Positions 9,933-18,741 of a stretch of 64,000 nt of DNA are shown here, one piece after another. The stretch is taken from NCBI GenBank assembly GCA_965261385.1, contig CBDHDB010000002.1:2813096-2877095 (forward strand), written 5' to 3'. The notes under the pieces were generated by a model. The model was not told where the DNA came from. It searched no databases and was given only the letters and a program-made list of their open reading frames with translations. The first letter of the stretch is position 1. Each line of letters begins with the position of its first letter. The position numbers and the translations under genes were made by a program. This DNA comes from Dehalococcoidia bacterium. Its GTDB lineage: Bacteria > Chloroflexota > Dehalococcoidia > Lucifugimonadales > Australimonadaceae.

Positions 9933-10424
9933 TTAGCCGGCTTCGGCGGCGGCCTTCTCAACCGCACGGACGATTTTGTCGTACCCGGTGCACCGGCAGA
10001 GGTTGCCCGCCAGCCAGAAACGGATGCGGCGCTCGTCCGGATGGGGTTCGCGTTCCAGCAAGGCCCGCGCCGCCACTAGGAAACCGGGCGTGCAGATGCC
10101 GCACTGCAGCGCGGCCTCCTCCAGGAAGGCCTGCTGCAGCGGATGCAGTCCGTGGGGCGGGGCCATGCCCTCGATGGTGTCCACCTTCCTGCCGTTCACC
10201 TCAGCCCCGAGTACGAGGCAGGAGTCGACGATCCTCCCATCGAGGGAGACGGTGCAGGCGCCGCAATTTCCGTCGTTGCAGCCCTCTTTCGTGCCCGTCA
10301 GACCAATCGTCTCGCGCAGCGTCTCCAGCAAGGACTGGTATGGCGCGACGAGGAAATCGGTCGGCTGACCGTTGATCTCGCAAGAGACAGGAATCTTGGG
10401 AACGGGGTTGTGGGTTTGTGTCAT
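9933..10424 (-). CDS. (2Fe-2S)-binding small subunit (CoxS-type)
   Basis: 163 aa with the cysteine clusters CNDGNCGACTV and CGICTPG...CRCTGY. Confidence 0.9.
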   Translation of the reverse strand: MTQTHNPVPKIPVSCEINGQPTDFLVAPYQSLLETLRETIGLTGTKEGCNDGNCGACTVSLDGRIVDSCLVLGAEVNGRKVDTIEGMAPPHGLHPLQQAFLEEAALQCGICTPGFLVAARALLEREPHPDERRIRFWLAGNLCRCTGYDKIVRAVEKAAAEAG

Positions 10425-10432
10425 GAGTACTC

Positions 10433-11302
10433 TCAGCGGTTGGCTTGGGCTCTTCCTAGTGCGACGGCGAGCGTCCGGCGGGTGAGGACTTTGACAAGCT
10501 CCACCCGCTGCGCGGGACCGCCCCGCATATCCTCAATGGGAGACGCTTCCGTGGACGCGATTTCGCCCGCCTCGGCAAAGGTCTCCGGCGAGGCTGGCTT
10601 ACCGGCGAGGAAAGCCGACGCTTGGGTCGCGAGAATGGGCGTCGGACCGACGGCGGCCAACGCGATGCGGCCCGACGCGATGGCCCCGGATTCATCGAGG
10701 GTGATTGCGCTGGCCACCCCAGCGATGGCGATGTCCATCTCATTCCGGGGGATGAAGCGCTGGTACGCCGCGCCGAAACCCTTGGCCGGCGCGGGAATCT
10801 CGATCGAGACGAGCAACTCGCCCTCCTGGAGCGCGTTCTGTCCGGGACCCGTGCAGAACTCCTCGATGGGAAGCGACCGCGCTCCGTTCGGGCCTCGAAT
10901 GTGCGCGGCGCCGGAGTGCACGATGAGCGGACAGATGCCGTCCGCGCTGGGCGAGGCGTTGCACAGGTTGCCCCCCAGGCTCGCGCGCGACTGTATCTGG
11001 ATGCCGCCGATGAGGGAGGCCGCGTCGATGATGCCGGGGAACGCTGCGCTGACCGCCTCGTTCTCGTACACCTGATGGCAGGGAACCGCCGCGCCGACGC
11101 TGAGCCCGCCGTTCAACGAGAGGGCTGTCGTTTCAGGGATGCCCTTGACGTCGACGATGGCGTCGATCTCGAATCGTTCGCCCCGCAGCTGCACCAATAC
11201 GTCGGTGCCGCCTGCAAGCGCCTTGGCGCGCGGTCCGTGTTTCGCGAGCGCGGCGATGGCTTCGTCCAAGGTCCGAGCTGCAATGTAATTGAAGGGATGC
11301 AA
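10433..11302 (-). CDS. FAD-binding medium subunit (CoxM-type)
   Basis: 289 aa with FAD-binding PCMH-type motifs (GGTD..V, ASLGGNL). Forms an operon in the order M-S-L. Confidence 0.9.
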   Translation of the reverse strand: MHPFNYIAARTLDEAIAALAKHGPRAKALAGGTDVLVQLRGERFEIDAIVDVKGIPETTALSLNGGLSVGAAVPCHQVYENEAVSAAFPGIIDAASLIGGIQIQSRASLGGNLCNASPSADGICPLIVHSGAAHIRGPNGARSLPIEEFCTGPGQNALQEGELLVSIEIPAPAKGFGAAYQRFIPRNEMDIAIAGVASAITLDESGAIASGRIALAAVGPTPILATQASAFLAGKPASPETFAEAGEIASTEASPIEDMRGGPAQRVELVKVLTRRTLAVALGRAQANR

Positions 11303-11624
11303 CGCTGCTCCGAAGATTATGAGTTTGACGGCTCTGGCCGGTGGCGACCAATTATAACCGCGCCCATTATCACGAAAGGCCCATGCCCCCGCAACGCCAC
11401 TGGCGGACTAGACATGCCGCGTAGCCACGCTCTCGTTCCTTAGAGGCAATCCGGCGTCACTCGCGCATAATGCTCCGATATTCGGCATGGTCGGCCACTT
11501 GCTTGCTACTAGCCGACCATATGGCTACAATGCCGACGCCGCCGCTCCGTCCGCGCTCTAGCTGCTATGGCCAAGCCAAGCGGGCGACGGCTGAGCCGTT
11601 AAGGCTCGAGCCCATTGCGTTCTG

Positions 11625-11912
11625 ATGGAGGTCCCGTTCGTGGCTGAGGAAACGAATCGCCTATTCGTCGGGAACATGCCGTTTAGGATGACCCAGGACG
11701 AACTCTATGATCTGTTCGGGCAAGCCGGGGGGGTGGTGTCGGTGCATATCCCGACAGACCGCGAGACCGGCCGCCCGCGCGGGTTTGGGTTCGTCGAGAT
11801 GGAGACCCCGACCGGCAAGGACCAGGCGGTCCAGATGTTCAACGGATACTCTGTTGAGGGGAGGGCTCTCGTCGTTAACGAGGCCCGGCCTCGAGAGCAG
11901 CGCTCCTACTAA
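11625..11912 (+). CDS. RRM-type RNA-binding protein
   Basis: RNP-2 motif LFVGNM and RNP-1 motif RGFGFVEM. The true start may be the GTG at 11640, which is preceded by GGAGG. Confidence 0.85.
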   Translation: MEVPFVAEETNRLFVGNMPFRMTQDELYDLFGQAGGVVSVHIPTDRETGRPRGFGFVEMETPTGKDQAVQMFNGYSVEGRALVVNEARPREQRSY

Positions 11913-11930
11913 GCGGCCTCTCTCAGGCGC

Positions 11931-11953
11931 CAGCCCGGTCGAAAACCGGGCTG
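11931..11953 (+). terminator. Stem-loop downstream of the RRM gene (cagcccggt/accgggctg), no U-tract
   Basis: Perfect 9-bp stem with a 5-nt loop, read directly from the sequence. The lack of a T-run lowers confidence. Confidence 0.3.
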
Positions 11954-12028
11954 CGGCGGGATTCTCGCCTCCCTAACCCCGCCCTCTTGAAGGGAATCCT
12001 CATGCGGGCCGCGCCTGCCTGTAGCCCC

Positions 12029-13210
12029 TTAGACCGGCATCGCCAAGTCCATGTACTTGAAACCGGAGCCGGTGTTCATCAGCACCGTCTCAGTCTCCGG
12101 CGCCAGGAAGCCGGACTCACGGAGCTTCCTGTAGCCCACCAGCGTCGCCGCGCCCTCCGGCGCCGGCCAGATTCCCTCGGCGGCGCCCATCTCACGCATG
12201 CCGTCCAATATCTCATCGTCCGTCACAGTGACCGCCGTCCCGCCGCTCTCGCGCACCGCATCGAGAATCAGATAGTCGCCGATGGCCGCGGGCACCCGGA
12301 TGCCGGCCGCGATGGTCGCCGCATTCTCCCAAGGCGCGGCGTACCGTTCTCCGTTGTGGAACGCTCGCACTATGGGCGCGCAGCCCTCGGATTGCACGAC
12401 GATCATCTTCGGGCGCTCATCGTCAATCCAACCAAGCCGTTCCATCTCGTCGAACGCCTTCCACATGCCGACTATGCCCGTGCCGCCCCCCGTCGGATAG
12501 ACGATGGCTTCGGGTAGGCGCCACCCCAGGTCCTCGGCAATCTCGTATCCCATTGTCTTCTTACCTTCCACTCGATAGGGCTCCCGCAGAGTGGAAACGT
12601 CGAACAGCCCCAGCTCGGCGGCTTTCTCGCGGGATAGGCGGCCCGCGTCGGATATCAGCCCGTCCACGAGCGTCAGGTGCGCCCCCGCCAGCAAAGTCTC
12701 CTTCTTGTTGGCCTCCGGCGCGTCCTGCGGCATGAAGACGCAGCACTCCATGCCCCCTCGCGCGCAGTAGGACGCCAGCGCCCCTGCGGCATTCCCTGCC
12801 GATGGCGTGGTCAGGCGCATGAGCCCCAGCTCTTTCGCCCGCGATACGGCAGAGGACATGCCCCGCGCCTTGAACGACCCCGTCGGGTTGAGCCCCTCAT
12901 CCTTGATGAAGAGCGTTCGAGCGTCCAACGCGGCCTCCAGCCTCCGCGCCCGGAGCATGGGCGTTCCCCCCTCGCCTAGCGTCACGACGTTCGCCTCGTC
13001 TCTGACGGGCATTAGCTCGAAGTACCGCCATATGCCGCGGGGACGCCCGACGAAAGCCGCCGGATCGACCTCACGCCTTGCGCTTTCGAGGTCGTAGCGT
13101 GGGTAGAGGACCTTTTGTGCGTCGGGAGAGACGCCGTGCGGCTCGTCGGCGCTGTAGGTCCGGCCAGTCTCGGTGCATTCGAGGTGAGAGAGATAGCTTT
13201 TCATGTTCAC
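12029..13210 (-). CDS. thrC: threonine synthase
   Basis: 393 aa with the PLP-lysine motif SFKARG and the typical TS fold-type II layout. Confidence 0.9.
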   Translation of the reverse strand: MNMKSYLSHLECTETGRTYSADEPHGVSPDAQKVLYPRYDLESARREVDPAAFVGRPRGIWRYFELMPVRDEANVVTLGEGGTPMLRARRLEAALDARTLFIKDEGLNPTGSFKARGMSSAVSRAKELGLMRLTTPSAGNAAGALASYCARGGMECCVFMPQDAPEANKKETLLAGAHLTLVDGLISDAGRLSREKAAELGLFDVSTLREPYRVEGKKTMGYEIAEDLGWRLPEAIVYPTGGGTGIVGMWKAFDEMERLGWIDDERPKMIVVQSEGCAPIVRAFHNGERYAAPWENAATIAAGIRVPAAIGDYLILDAVRESGGTAVTVTDDEILDGMREMGAAEGIWPAPEGAATLVGYRKLRESGFLAPETETVLMNTGSGFKYMDLAMPV

Positions 13211-13297
13211 CGCATTCTACGTTCCGGTGAACATGAGATGCGGGACAGGGCTATCCGCCGGGAAAGGAGCGGGGCGACTCTTTTGCCAGGACGCTTC

Positions 13298-13723
13298 CTA
13301 GCCCCGCGTGATCCATCGCCAAAGGCGGGAAGCCGACCCCGACCCAGGGGGGTCATCGAGGACCTGTCCGCGCCACCTGCGCTCGACAGTGCGGCGCGGC
13401 CTCGTGAAGAAGGAGACGTAGGCGATGATGAACAGGGCGACACCGACATAAGCGATGGGCGCGGCGAGGCTGATGCCCATGAGGTTGACATCAATCCAGT
13501 TCACCACCACCGCGACAACGAGCAGGACGACACCGACCTGAAACAGGCGTCCGGGCGTGAAGCTGAACGAGAAGCGGCGCGGTCTGCTGGGGGGCGCGGC
13601 CCGATGCGCCGTGCGCTGCCCGCGCTTGGGGCGACCGGCGCTCTCGTCGGACGCCTCGTCGGACGCATCCTCATTCGCCTTGCCGAGAATCTCCTCGATC
13701 TCGCGCTGATACCGCTGCGACAT
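13298..13723 (-). CDS. hypothetical membrane protein
   Basis: The start at 13723 is preceded by GGAGGAG. Acidic N-terminus followed by two hydrophobic helices. No family was recognised. Confidence 0.5.
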   Translation of the reverse strand: MSQRYQREIEEILGKANEDASDEASDESAGRPKRGQRTAHRAAPPSRPRRFSFSFTPGRLFQVGVVLLVVAVVVNWIDVNLMGISLAAPIAYVGVALFIIAYVSFFTRPRRTVERRWRGQVLDDPPGSGSASRLWRWITRG

Positions 13724-13884
13724 CCCTTGTTCTCCTCCGGGCTGGGCGGATTTCCGCCCGGCGTGGCCGAAGCCTTGCACCCCTCCAAGCCACTGCCTAA
13801 AGCATAGCAGCCAGCAAAAAACAAGTGTAGGTGGAGAACCGCGCCCATTCGGGCTCCATCGCGAGCCCGGATATACTGACTACG

Positions 13885-14109
13885 ATGATTAAGCGCGTGG
13901 CCCTCGACATTCCCGACCTGCATTGCGACGGGTGCATCGCGTCCGTTAGCCAGGTGTTGGAGACCTTCTCCGGCATCAGTGAGATCGTAGGCGACCTCGA
14001 AAAGCTGACCCTGACGGTCGAGTACGACCTCACGACAATCACTCCCCAGGCGATGAAGGCGCAGCTGGCGGCCATCGGCTACCCGGTGGCGGGCGCGCGC
14101 GATCTCTAG
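13885..14109 (+). CDS. heavy-metal-associated (HMA) domain protein
   Basis: Metal-binding motif HCDGC in a roughly 70-aa ferredoxin-like sized ORF. Convergent with the CDF transporter and overlaps it by 4 nt. Confidence 0.7.
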   Translation: MIKRVALDIPDLHCDGCIASVSQVLETFSGISEIVGDLEKLTLTVEYDLTTITPQAMKAQLAAIGYPVAGARDL

Positions 14110-15014
14110 ACGCGGCCTCGCTCCGCATCCGGGACATGCGCCTCGTCGCACGCTCCGCCGTCCCCCCGTTCGAGCTGAATCGTGACGTGCCCGATGGAGT
14201 AGCGGGCATGCATCATCACGTGCAGCTCGTCCTGCAATGCGCGTACGCAGCCTCCCGTGCATGCGTCCGCAATGGTCACATGCGCGCTGAGCGCGTGATA
14301 GCCGGACGTAATGGTCCAGATGTGGAGGTCGTGACAACCCTCGACGTGCTCGATGTCCTCGATGTCGGCGCGCAGCGAGGCCACGTCAACGTGCGCCGGG
14401 GTCCCCTCCAGCAGGACGTGCGTCGCCTCTCGGACGACCCGCACAGCGCCGTACACCAGGATGAGCGCTATGACGACGCTTAGGATTGGGTCGGCGATCC
14501 GCCAGTCGAAAGCCAGCACCAAGACGCCCGCAACGACCGCCGCCAGGGAGCCAAGCGCGTCGCCCCCCACATGGAAGAGCGCGGCGCGCACGTTCAGGTC
14601 CGAGTGGGACGACCGGAGCAGCAGCGTCGCGGCTATCACGTTGGCTGCGATGCCCCCGGACGCGACCGCCGAAACGATCCCTCCGCGCACCTCGGGGGGC
14701 GCGGCCATGCGCTGCGCGGCCTCGAACACGATGAGCGCGGCCATCGTGAGCAGAATGACGCCGTTGGTGAGCGCCACGAGTATCTCGGCCCGCATGAACC
14801 CGAAGCTGCGCGATGCGGTGCCGGGTTTCGTGGCGAGCCACGCGGCGGCCGAGGCCAGGCCAAGCGCGAGGACGTCGGACACGGTGTGTCCGGCGTCGGC
14901 GAGGAGGGCGAGGCTCCCGCTGATGAGCGCCCCCGCGACCTCGACCCCGAAGTAGGCCAGCACGACGCCGGCGGCGAGGCCGAGCGCCCGGCGCGATGAT
15001 CTGTGCTCGTCCAT
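14106..15014 (-). CDS. cation diffusion facilitator family transporter
   Basis: Only the C-terminal 302 aa of the 572-aa ORF look like real protein (MDEHRSS...SLALLADAGHTVSD, HVGGD). The upstream part is a high-GC read-through artefact that overlaps the next gene. Confidence 0.9.
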   Translation of the reverse strand: MDEHRSSRRALGLAAGVVLAYFGVEVAGALISGSLALLADAGHTVSDVLALGLASAAAWLATKPGTASRSFGFMRAEILVALTNGVILLTMAALIVFEAAQRMAAPPEVRGGIVSAVASGGIAANVIAATLLLRSSHSDLNVRAALFHVGGDALGSLAAVVAGVLVLAFDWRIADPILSVVIALILVYGAVRVVREATHVLLEGTPAHVDVASLRADIEDIEHVEGCHDLHIWTITSGYHALSAHVTIADACTGGCVRALQDELHVMMHARYSIGHVTIQLERGDGGACDEAHVPDAERGRV

Positions 15015-15052
15015 GTCCCCATCCTTACCGGGGTAGGCGCGCCGCTTGCCCG

Positions 15053-15703
15053 CTATACGCCGAGGAACTTGATCGTGCTGTGGGCCTTGTGGATGCGGTT
15101 GATATTCACGAGCAGCGCGGTCAGCTCCTCCACGTACCGGGAGTTGGAGAGCGGGCCCGCGTCGAGCGCGCGCAGGCCGGATATGTCGCCGGCCAGGTCG
15201 AGCGTTTCCCTGCGCGCGTCGTCGTCGTCCGCGCAGACGGCCACGTCGCCGTGAAGCTCCAGATCCGGCTTGAGAAGGTCGCGCGCGCTCAGGTTCTGGA
15301 ACGCGGACGCGACCCGGCTCTCCGGGAGCAGGTCGCGGGTCAGCTCGCCCGCGGAGCCTTCCGGCACGGACACTGCCCGCATCTGACCGTCCGCGAACTC
15401 CAGCGGCGCTACGATGCTGATGACGAGCTTGCCCGCCAGCCCGTCCCTCAGCGCCGTGGCCGTTGGACGCAGGCCCTCGAACGGCACGGACAGCAGAACA
15501 GCGCCAGCGCCGCTTACGGCTTCCTCGTTGGCCGCGCCGGTGATGGGGAGGCCGGGCCTCGTTTCCAGCAGGCCCGCAGCCGCCTCGGCCGCCCGGCCCG
15601 CGTCGCGTGACCCGATGACGATCTCGTGGCCGGCCATGGCGAGCCGCAGGCCAAGCCCTCTGCCCTCCGGCCCCGTGCCTCCAACGATAGCTATGCGCGA
15701 CAT
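15053..15703 (-). CDS. npdG: NADPH-dependent F420 reductase
   Basis: 216 aa. The N-terminus IAIVGGTGPEGRGLGLRLA is typical of Fno/NpdG. Confidence 0.85.
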   Translation of the reverse strand: MSRIAIVGGTGPEGRGLGLRLAMAGHEIVIGSRDAGRAAEAAAGLLETRPGLPITGAANEEAVSGAGAVLLSVPFEGLRPTATALRDGLAGKLVISIVAPLEFADGQMRAVSVPEGSAGELTRDLLPESRVASAFQNLSARDLLKPDLELHGDVAVCADDDDARRETLDLAGDISGLRALDAGPLSNSRYVEELTALLVNINRIHKAHSTIKFLGV

Positions 15704-15712
15704 ACGGCTCCC

Positions 15713-16660
15713 CTATCCCTGTGCAAGGGGAGCCAGGCCGGTGATCTCGGCGAGGCGCTCCGCGTGCTCTTCCAGGTCGAACACCGGATTGAGCAGCACC
15801 TCGTCCACGCCCATCTCCGACCACTCTTCGAGTAGCTCTTGTATCTTGGACGCGCTACCCCAGACCGCTGCCCGGTCGGCGTTGTCGGCGTTGCCGTAGT
15901 AGTAGCCGTACCACTCCCGCAGCCGCCGGTAGGCGCGCGCCTCGTCGTCGTCGACCGCCAGGTACAGACGTTTCGATATGGGGAAGGTCGCGGGGTCGCG
16001 GTCGGCCTCGGCCAGCAGCGATTTCACCAGCTCCACTTTGCGCGGGAAATCGTCGAGCACCGAGCTTCCCGCGCCCATCCAGCCGTCGGCGATACGAACG
16101 GCCCGTTTGAGGGCCTGGTCCACGTTCGCGCCGAACCAGATAGGCGGGTGCGGCTTCTGCGCGGGCTTCGGCTCGATGTTCACGCCGTCCAGGTTGTAGA
16201 AGGCCCCAGAGTAGTTCGCCGGCGTCTGGGTCCAGAGCGCCCGGAGGACCTCGACCTGCTCGGTGAAACGGCTCACCCGATGCTCGGGGCTGACGCCATA
16301 CATCGGAAGCTCGTCGGCGTTGTTCCCCAGGCCCACGCCCAGGACGAGACGGCCCCCGCTCATCTGGTCGACGTCCGCCATGAGCTTGGCCAGGTGTATG
16401 GGGTTGTGCCTAGGCAGCACCAGCACGGAAACGCCCAGCCGCGCCTTGGACGTCTGTCCCGCGATGTAGGCGAGGAAGGTCGTCGGATGGAGCACGTTGG
16501 GCCGTCCCGTCACGCGCTCTTGGGTCCAGAGGCTGGAGTACCCCAGCGCCTCGGCCCGCCGTACGAACCGGCCCACGAATTCCATGTCCACCTTGCCGTC
16601 GGGAAATATGTGCGGCGAGGCGATCCCTATCTTCATCCCATCTGCTATCGACATTGCCAT
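15713..16660 (-). CDS. LLM-class (luciferase-like) F420-dependent oxidoreductase
   Basis: 315 aa with a TIM-barrel LLM pattern (LGVGLG, PPIWFG). Adjacent to the F420 reductase. Confidence 0.85.
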   Translation of the reverse strand: MAMSIADGMKIGIASPHIFPDGKVDMEFVGRFVRRAEALGYSSLWTQERVTGRPNVLHPTTFLAYIAGQTSKARLGVSVLVLPRHNPIHLAKLMADVDQMSGGRLVLGVGLGNNADELPMYGVSPEHRVSRFTEQVEVLRALWTQTPANYSGAFYNLDGVNIEPKPAQKPHPPIWFGANVDQALKRAVRIADGWMGAGSSVLDDFPRKVELVKSLLAEADRDPATFPISKRLYLAVDDDEARAYRRLREWYGYYYGNADNADRAAVWGSASKIQELLEEWSEMGVDEVLLNPVFDLEEHAERLAEITGLAPLAQG

Positions 16661-16689
16661 TCCTCCGGGGGAGTCATGGTAGGGGATGG

Positions 16690-16860
16690 GCTGCGCCGGG
16701 GAAAGTGGGCTCCTCCCCCGCGCTTCGCTGCGCTTGCGCGTTCCCTCTCCCTTGCCCTCTCCCGCAGACGAGAGAGGGAACCTGAGACGGGAGGGGGAGG
16801 GGCTGCGAGGTTCCCGCCTGCGCGGGAATGACGGATGGGAGCGCGGGAATGACGGATGGG
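16690..16860 (+). repeat. Composite hairpin repeat element (core at 16807-16834)
   Basis: Contains ctctcccgcagacgagagaggg, then GAGGTTCCCGCCTGCGCGGGAATGACGG, then a partial second gcgggaatgacgg. Confidence 0.85.
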
Positions 16861-16870
16861 GATGGCGGGG

Positions 16871-18322
16871 TCATACATAGATCTGGAGGGAGGGGGGCTC
16901 CATGAAGGCGAGGGCCAGGGCGTCGGCGCGGTCGGGAGACTTGACGCCACGTTTGCGGAGGCTGGTCTTGCTCTCCAAACGGATGCGCCCGGTGCTCGAT
17001 ATGTCGTAGCGCAGGGCGAGGAGCTGGCTGGCCAGGATCGCGTCGTCCGGGATGTCGATGGCGTCCTCCCGGAGGAGGCGGGCGATCTCCCAGAAGATCT
17101 CGGCGCGCATGTCCACGAACTGGGAGGGGCGTTTCGCCTTCCCGCCAGCCTCCACGCCGATCACCGGGACGCCGAGGACGCCAAGCCTATCGACGACGCC
17201 ACCGCCGACCCCGTTCTCGTCCACGAACACGGCGGGCACGCGGAGGGCGTCCGCCCATGCCTTGACCTCGTCGGCCACCTGCATCGTGTCGAGGCCGCGC
17301 TTGAGGGGGATGAGATGTTCCACGCGAGAGCCGCGGCGGATGCAGATGACGGACTCGGCGTCGCCGAACCGGGCGACGTCGACGCCCATGCGGTAGGGGT
17401 GGTTGAGGTAGTCGCGGTCTATCTCTCCCGCTGGGAGGGGGGAGGGCTGCGAGGTTCCCGCCTGCGCGGGAATGACGGATGGGAACGCGGGGGTGACGGA
17501 TGGGGACGCGGCCATGTCGGAAGGGGAAGAGAGGGGGACGGGGTCGCCGCGCCAGCGGGCGACGGCGCGGTCGACATGGTGGCGCGTGGTGAGAGAGTCT
17601 TCGAGGGCGTCGGGGAAGCGGCCGAGCACCGAGGCGATGTACAGCGGCGAGTCTTCTCCCCAGTCGCGGCGGCGGCGCTCCACGTCCTCGGGGTTGACCA
17701 GGCCAGGGATGTGGAAACGCTTGCGGCGGAAGTTGGGCGAGTCCAGGGCGGAGATCGCTATCCGGTGGTAGAGGGCGGACTTGGAGTGGAAGGACTCGTA
17801 CAGCTCGCCCTCGTGGGAGAGCGGGTTGCCGAGGAGGAGCGCCTTCTTGGGGTTCAGGCGCTTGAGGGCTTCGAAGTAGGGCTGCTTGACGCCTTGGGCC
17901 TCCGTGACGACGACGAGCAGGTTCGGCGAGTGGAACCCTTGCAGGTTGTGCTGGGAGTTGGAGCAGAAGGCGATGGCGAACCGGTCGTCGTCGATGACGT
18001 ACTTGTCCGCGGTCAGCTTGCCGGGCAGGCGTCCGTTGGCCGCGGCGAGGGCGACGCCGAGCTCGTGCCAGAGTATCTCTTTCACCTGGCGAGCTGTCGG
18101 GCCGGTGACGACGGCTTTGGCGTGGGGCCGGGTGTGGAGCCACCAGAGGACGGCGCGGGCGGCGGCCCAGTCCTTGCCCGATGAGTTGGCGGCCACGACG
18201 GAGACGGCAGTGTAGCGGGCGAGGGCGTCGAGGATGGCTTCCTGCTTGTCGTAGGGCTTGCCGGCGTCCTGGAGGACCTCTTTGACGAATCGGGCGGGGT
18301 GGTTCTTGTATTGGGCGAGCAT
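16871..18322 (-). CDS. phage terminase large subunit-like protein (solitary), carrying an in-frame repeat insertion
   Basis: Walker A-like AANSSGKD and Walker B-like LLVVVTEA. RNaseH-like nuclease motifs MGVDVARFGD and SPDRADAL. The ATG at 18322 is preceded by GAGGAAGG. Confidence 0.75.
   Translation of the reverse strand: MLAQYKNHPARFVKEVLQDAGKPYDKQEAILDALARYTAVSVVAANSSGKDWAAARAVLWWLHTRPHAKAVVTGPTARQVKEILWHELGVALAAANGRLPGKLTADKYVIDDDRFAIAFCSNSQHNLQGFHSPNLLVVVTEAQGVKQPYFEALKRLNPKKALLLGNPLSHEGELYESFHSKSALYHRIAISALDSPNFRRKRFHIPGLVNPEDVERRRRDWGEDSPLYIASVLGRFPDALEDSLTTRHHVDRAVARWRGDPVPLSSPSDMAASPSVTPAFPSVIPAQAGTSQPSPLPAGEIDRDYLNHPYRMGVDVARFGDAESVICIRRGSRVEHLIPLKRGLDTMQVADEVKAWADALRVPAVFVDENGVGGGVVDRLGVLGVPVIGVEAGGKAKRPSQFVDMRAEIFWEIARLLREDAIDIPDDAILASQLLALRYDISSTGRIRLESKTSLRKRGVKSPDRADALALAFMEPPSLQIYV
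17423..17515 (+). repeat. Composite hairpin repeat inside the terminase-like CDS (core 17451-17478)
   Basis: Same core as the intergenic copies. It is translated on the minus strand as ...PSVIPAQAGTSQPSPLPAGE... with no stop codon. Confidence 0.85.
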
Positions 18323-18479
18323 GAGCCTTCCTCGACACATAAGGGCCGAGCGGCTCGTCCGCTCTTACTGGGGTGGGGTGTTGCGTCCCATTGTGACGGT
18401 TTCATGACATTTGGTAAATGGGCAGTTGTCACAAGGGGCCTAGGGGGCGCGTGGATTGGCAGGCAGACGCGCAGACCCT

Positions 18480-18615
18480 CTCTCTAGCTCTCATAGGTAG
18501 AACGGGATCACAACGGAAGGGTTCGATACTCATGGCCAGTAGACTTTGCGCTCTAAGGCAGGCAACAGCACCTAAGGCCCTCAGGCGGTTCCAGTCCCCG
18601 ACAGTGGGAGGCGCT
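18480..18615 (+). other. Conserved non-coding element, paralog of 58427-58567 (degenerate tRNA-like 3' part)
   Basis: About 80% identity by eye over roughly 105 nt to the 58.5-kb copy (caacggaa..ttcgatactc..cagtagactt.gcgctct..ggcaggcaacagcacctaa). No convincing ORF. Confidence 0.3.
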
Positions 18616-18741
18616 CCTCCCGTAGTTGTGTCGTTGACGGTCGGCTCAGGCATCGGCGCAGGTCTCGGCAGTCCGCATCTCGCTAGACCAGCTCCTGCAA
18701 CCCAACTAACGTCACCCTCAATATGTATTCTGGATGTAAGA

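Noticed and set aside
7604-11302. Aerobic carbon monoxide dehydrogenase (form I CoxMSL)
   Set aside because: The large subunit lacks the form I active-site loop (VAYRCSFR type) and shows AAYRAPG instead. Only the generic XDH/aldehyde oxidase family call is justified.
14106-15824. The 572-aa ORF as a single long CDF protein. Likewise the 566-aa ORF at 42378..44078 as a single CtaB.
   Set aside because: The N-terminal extensions are Arg/Gly/Pro-rich and overlap the independently supported neighbours (the F420 reductase and LLM genes; ctaA). Internal ATG starts give normal-length proteins.
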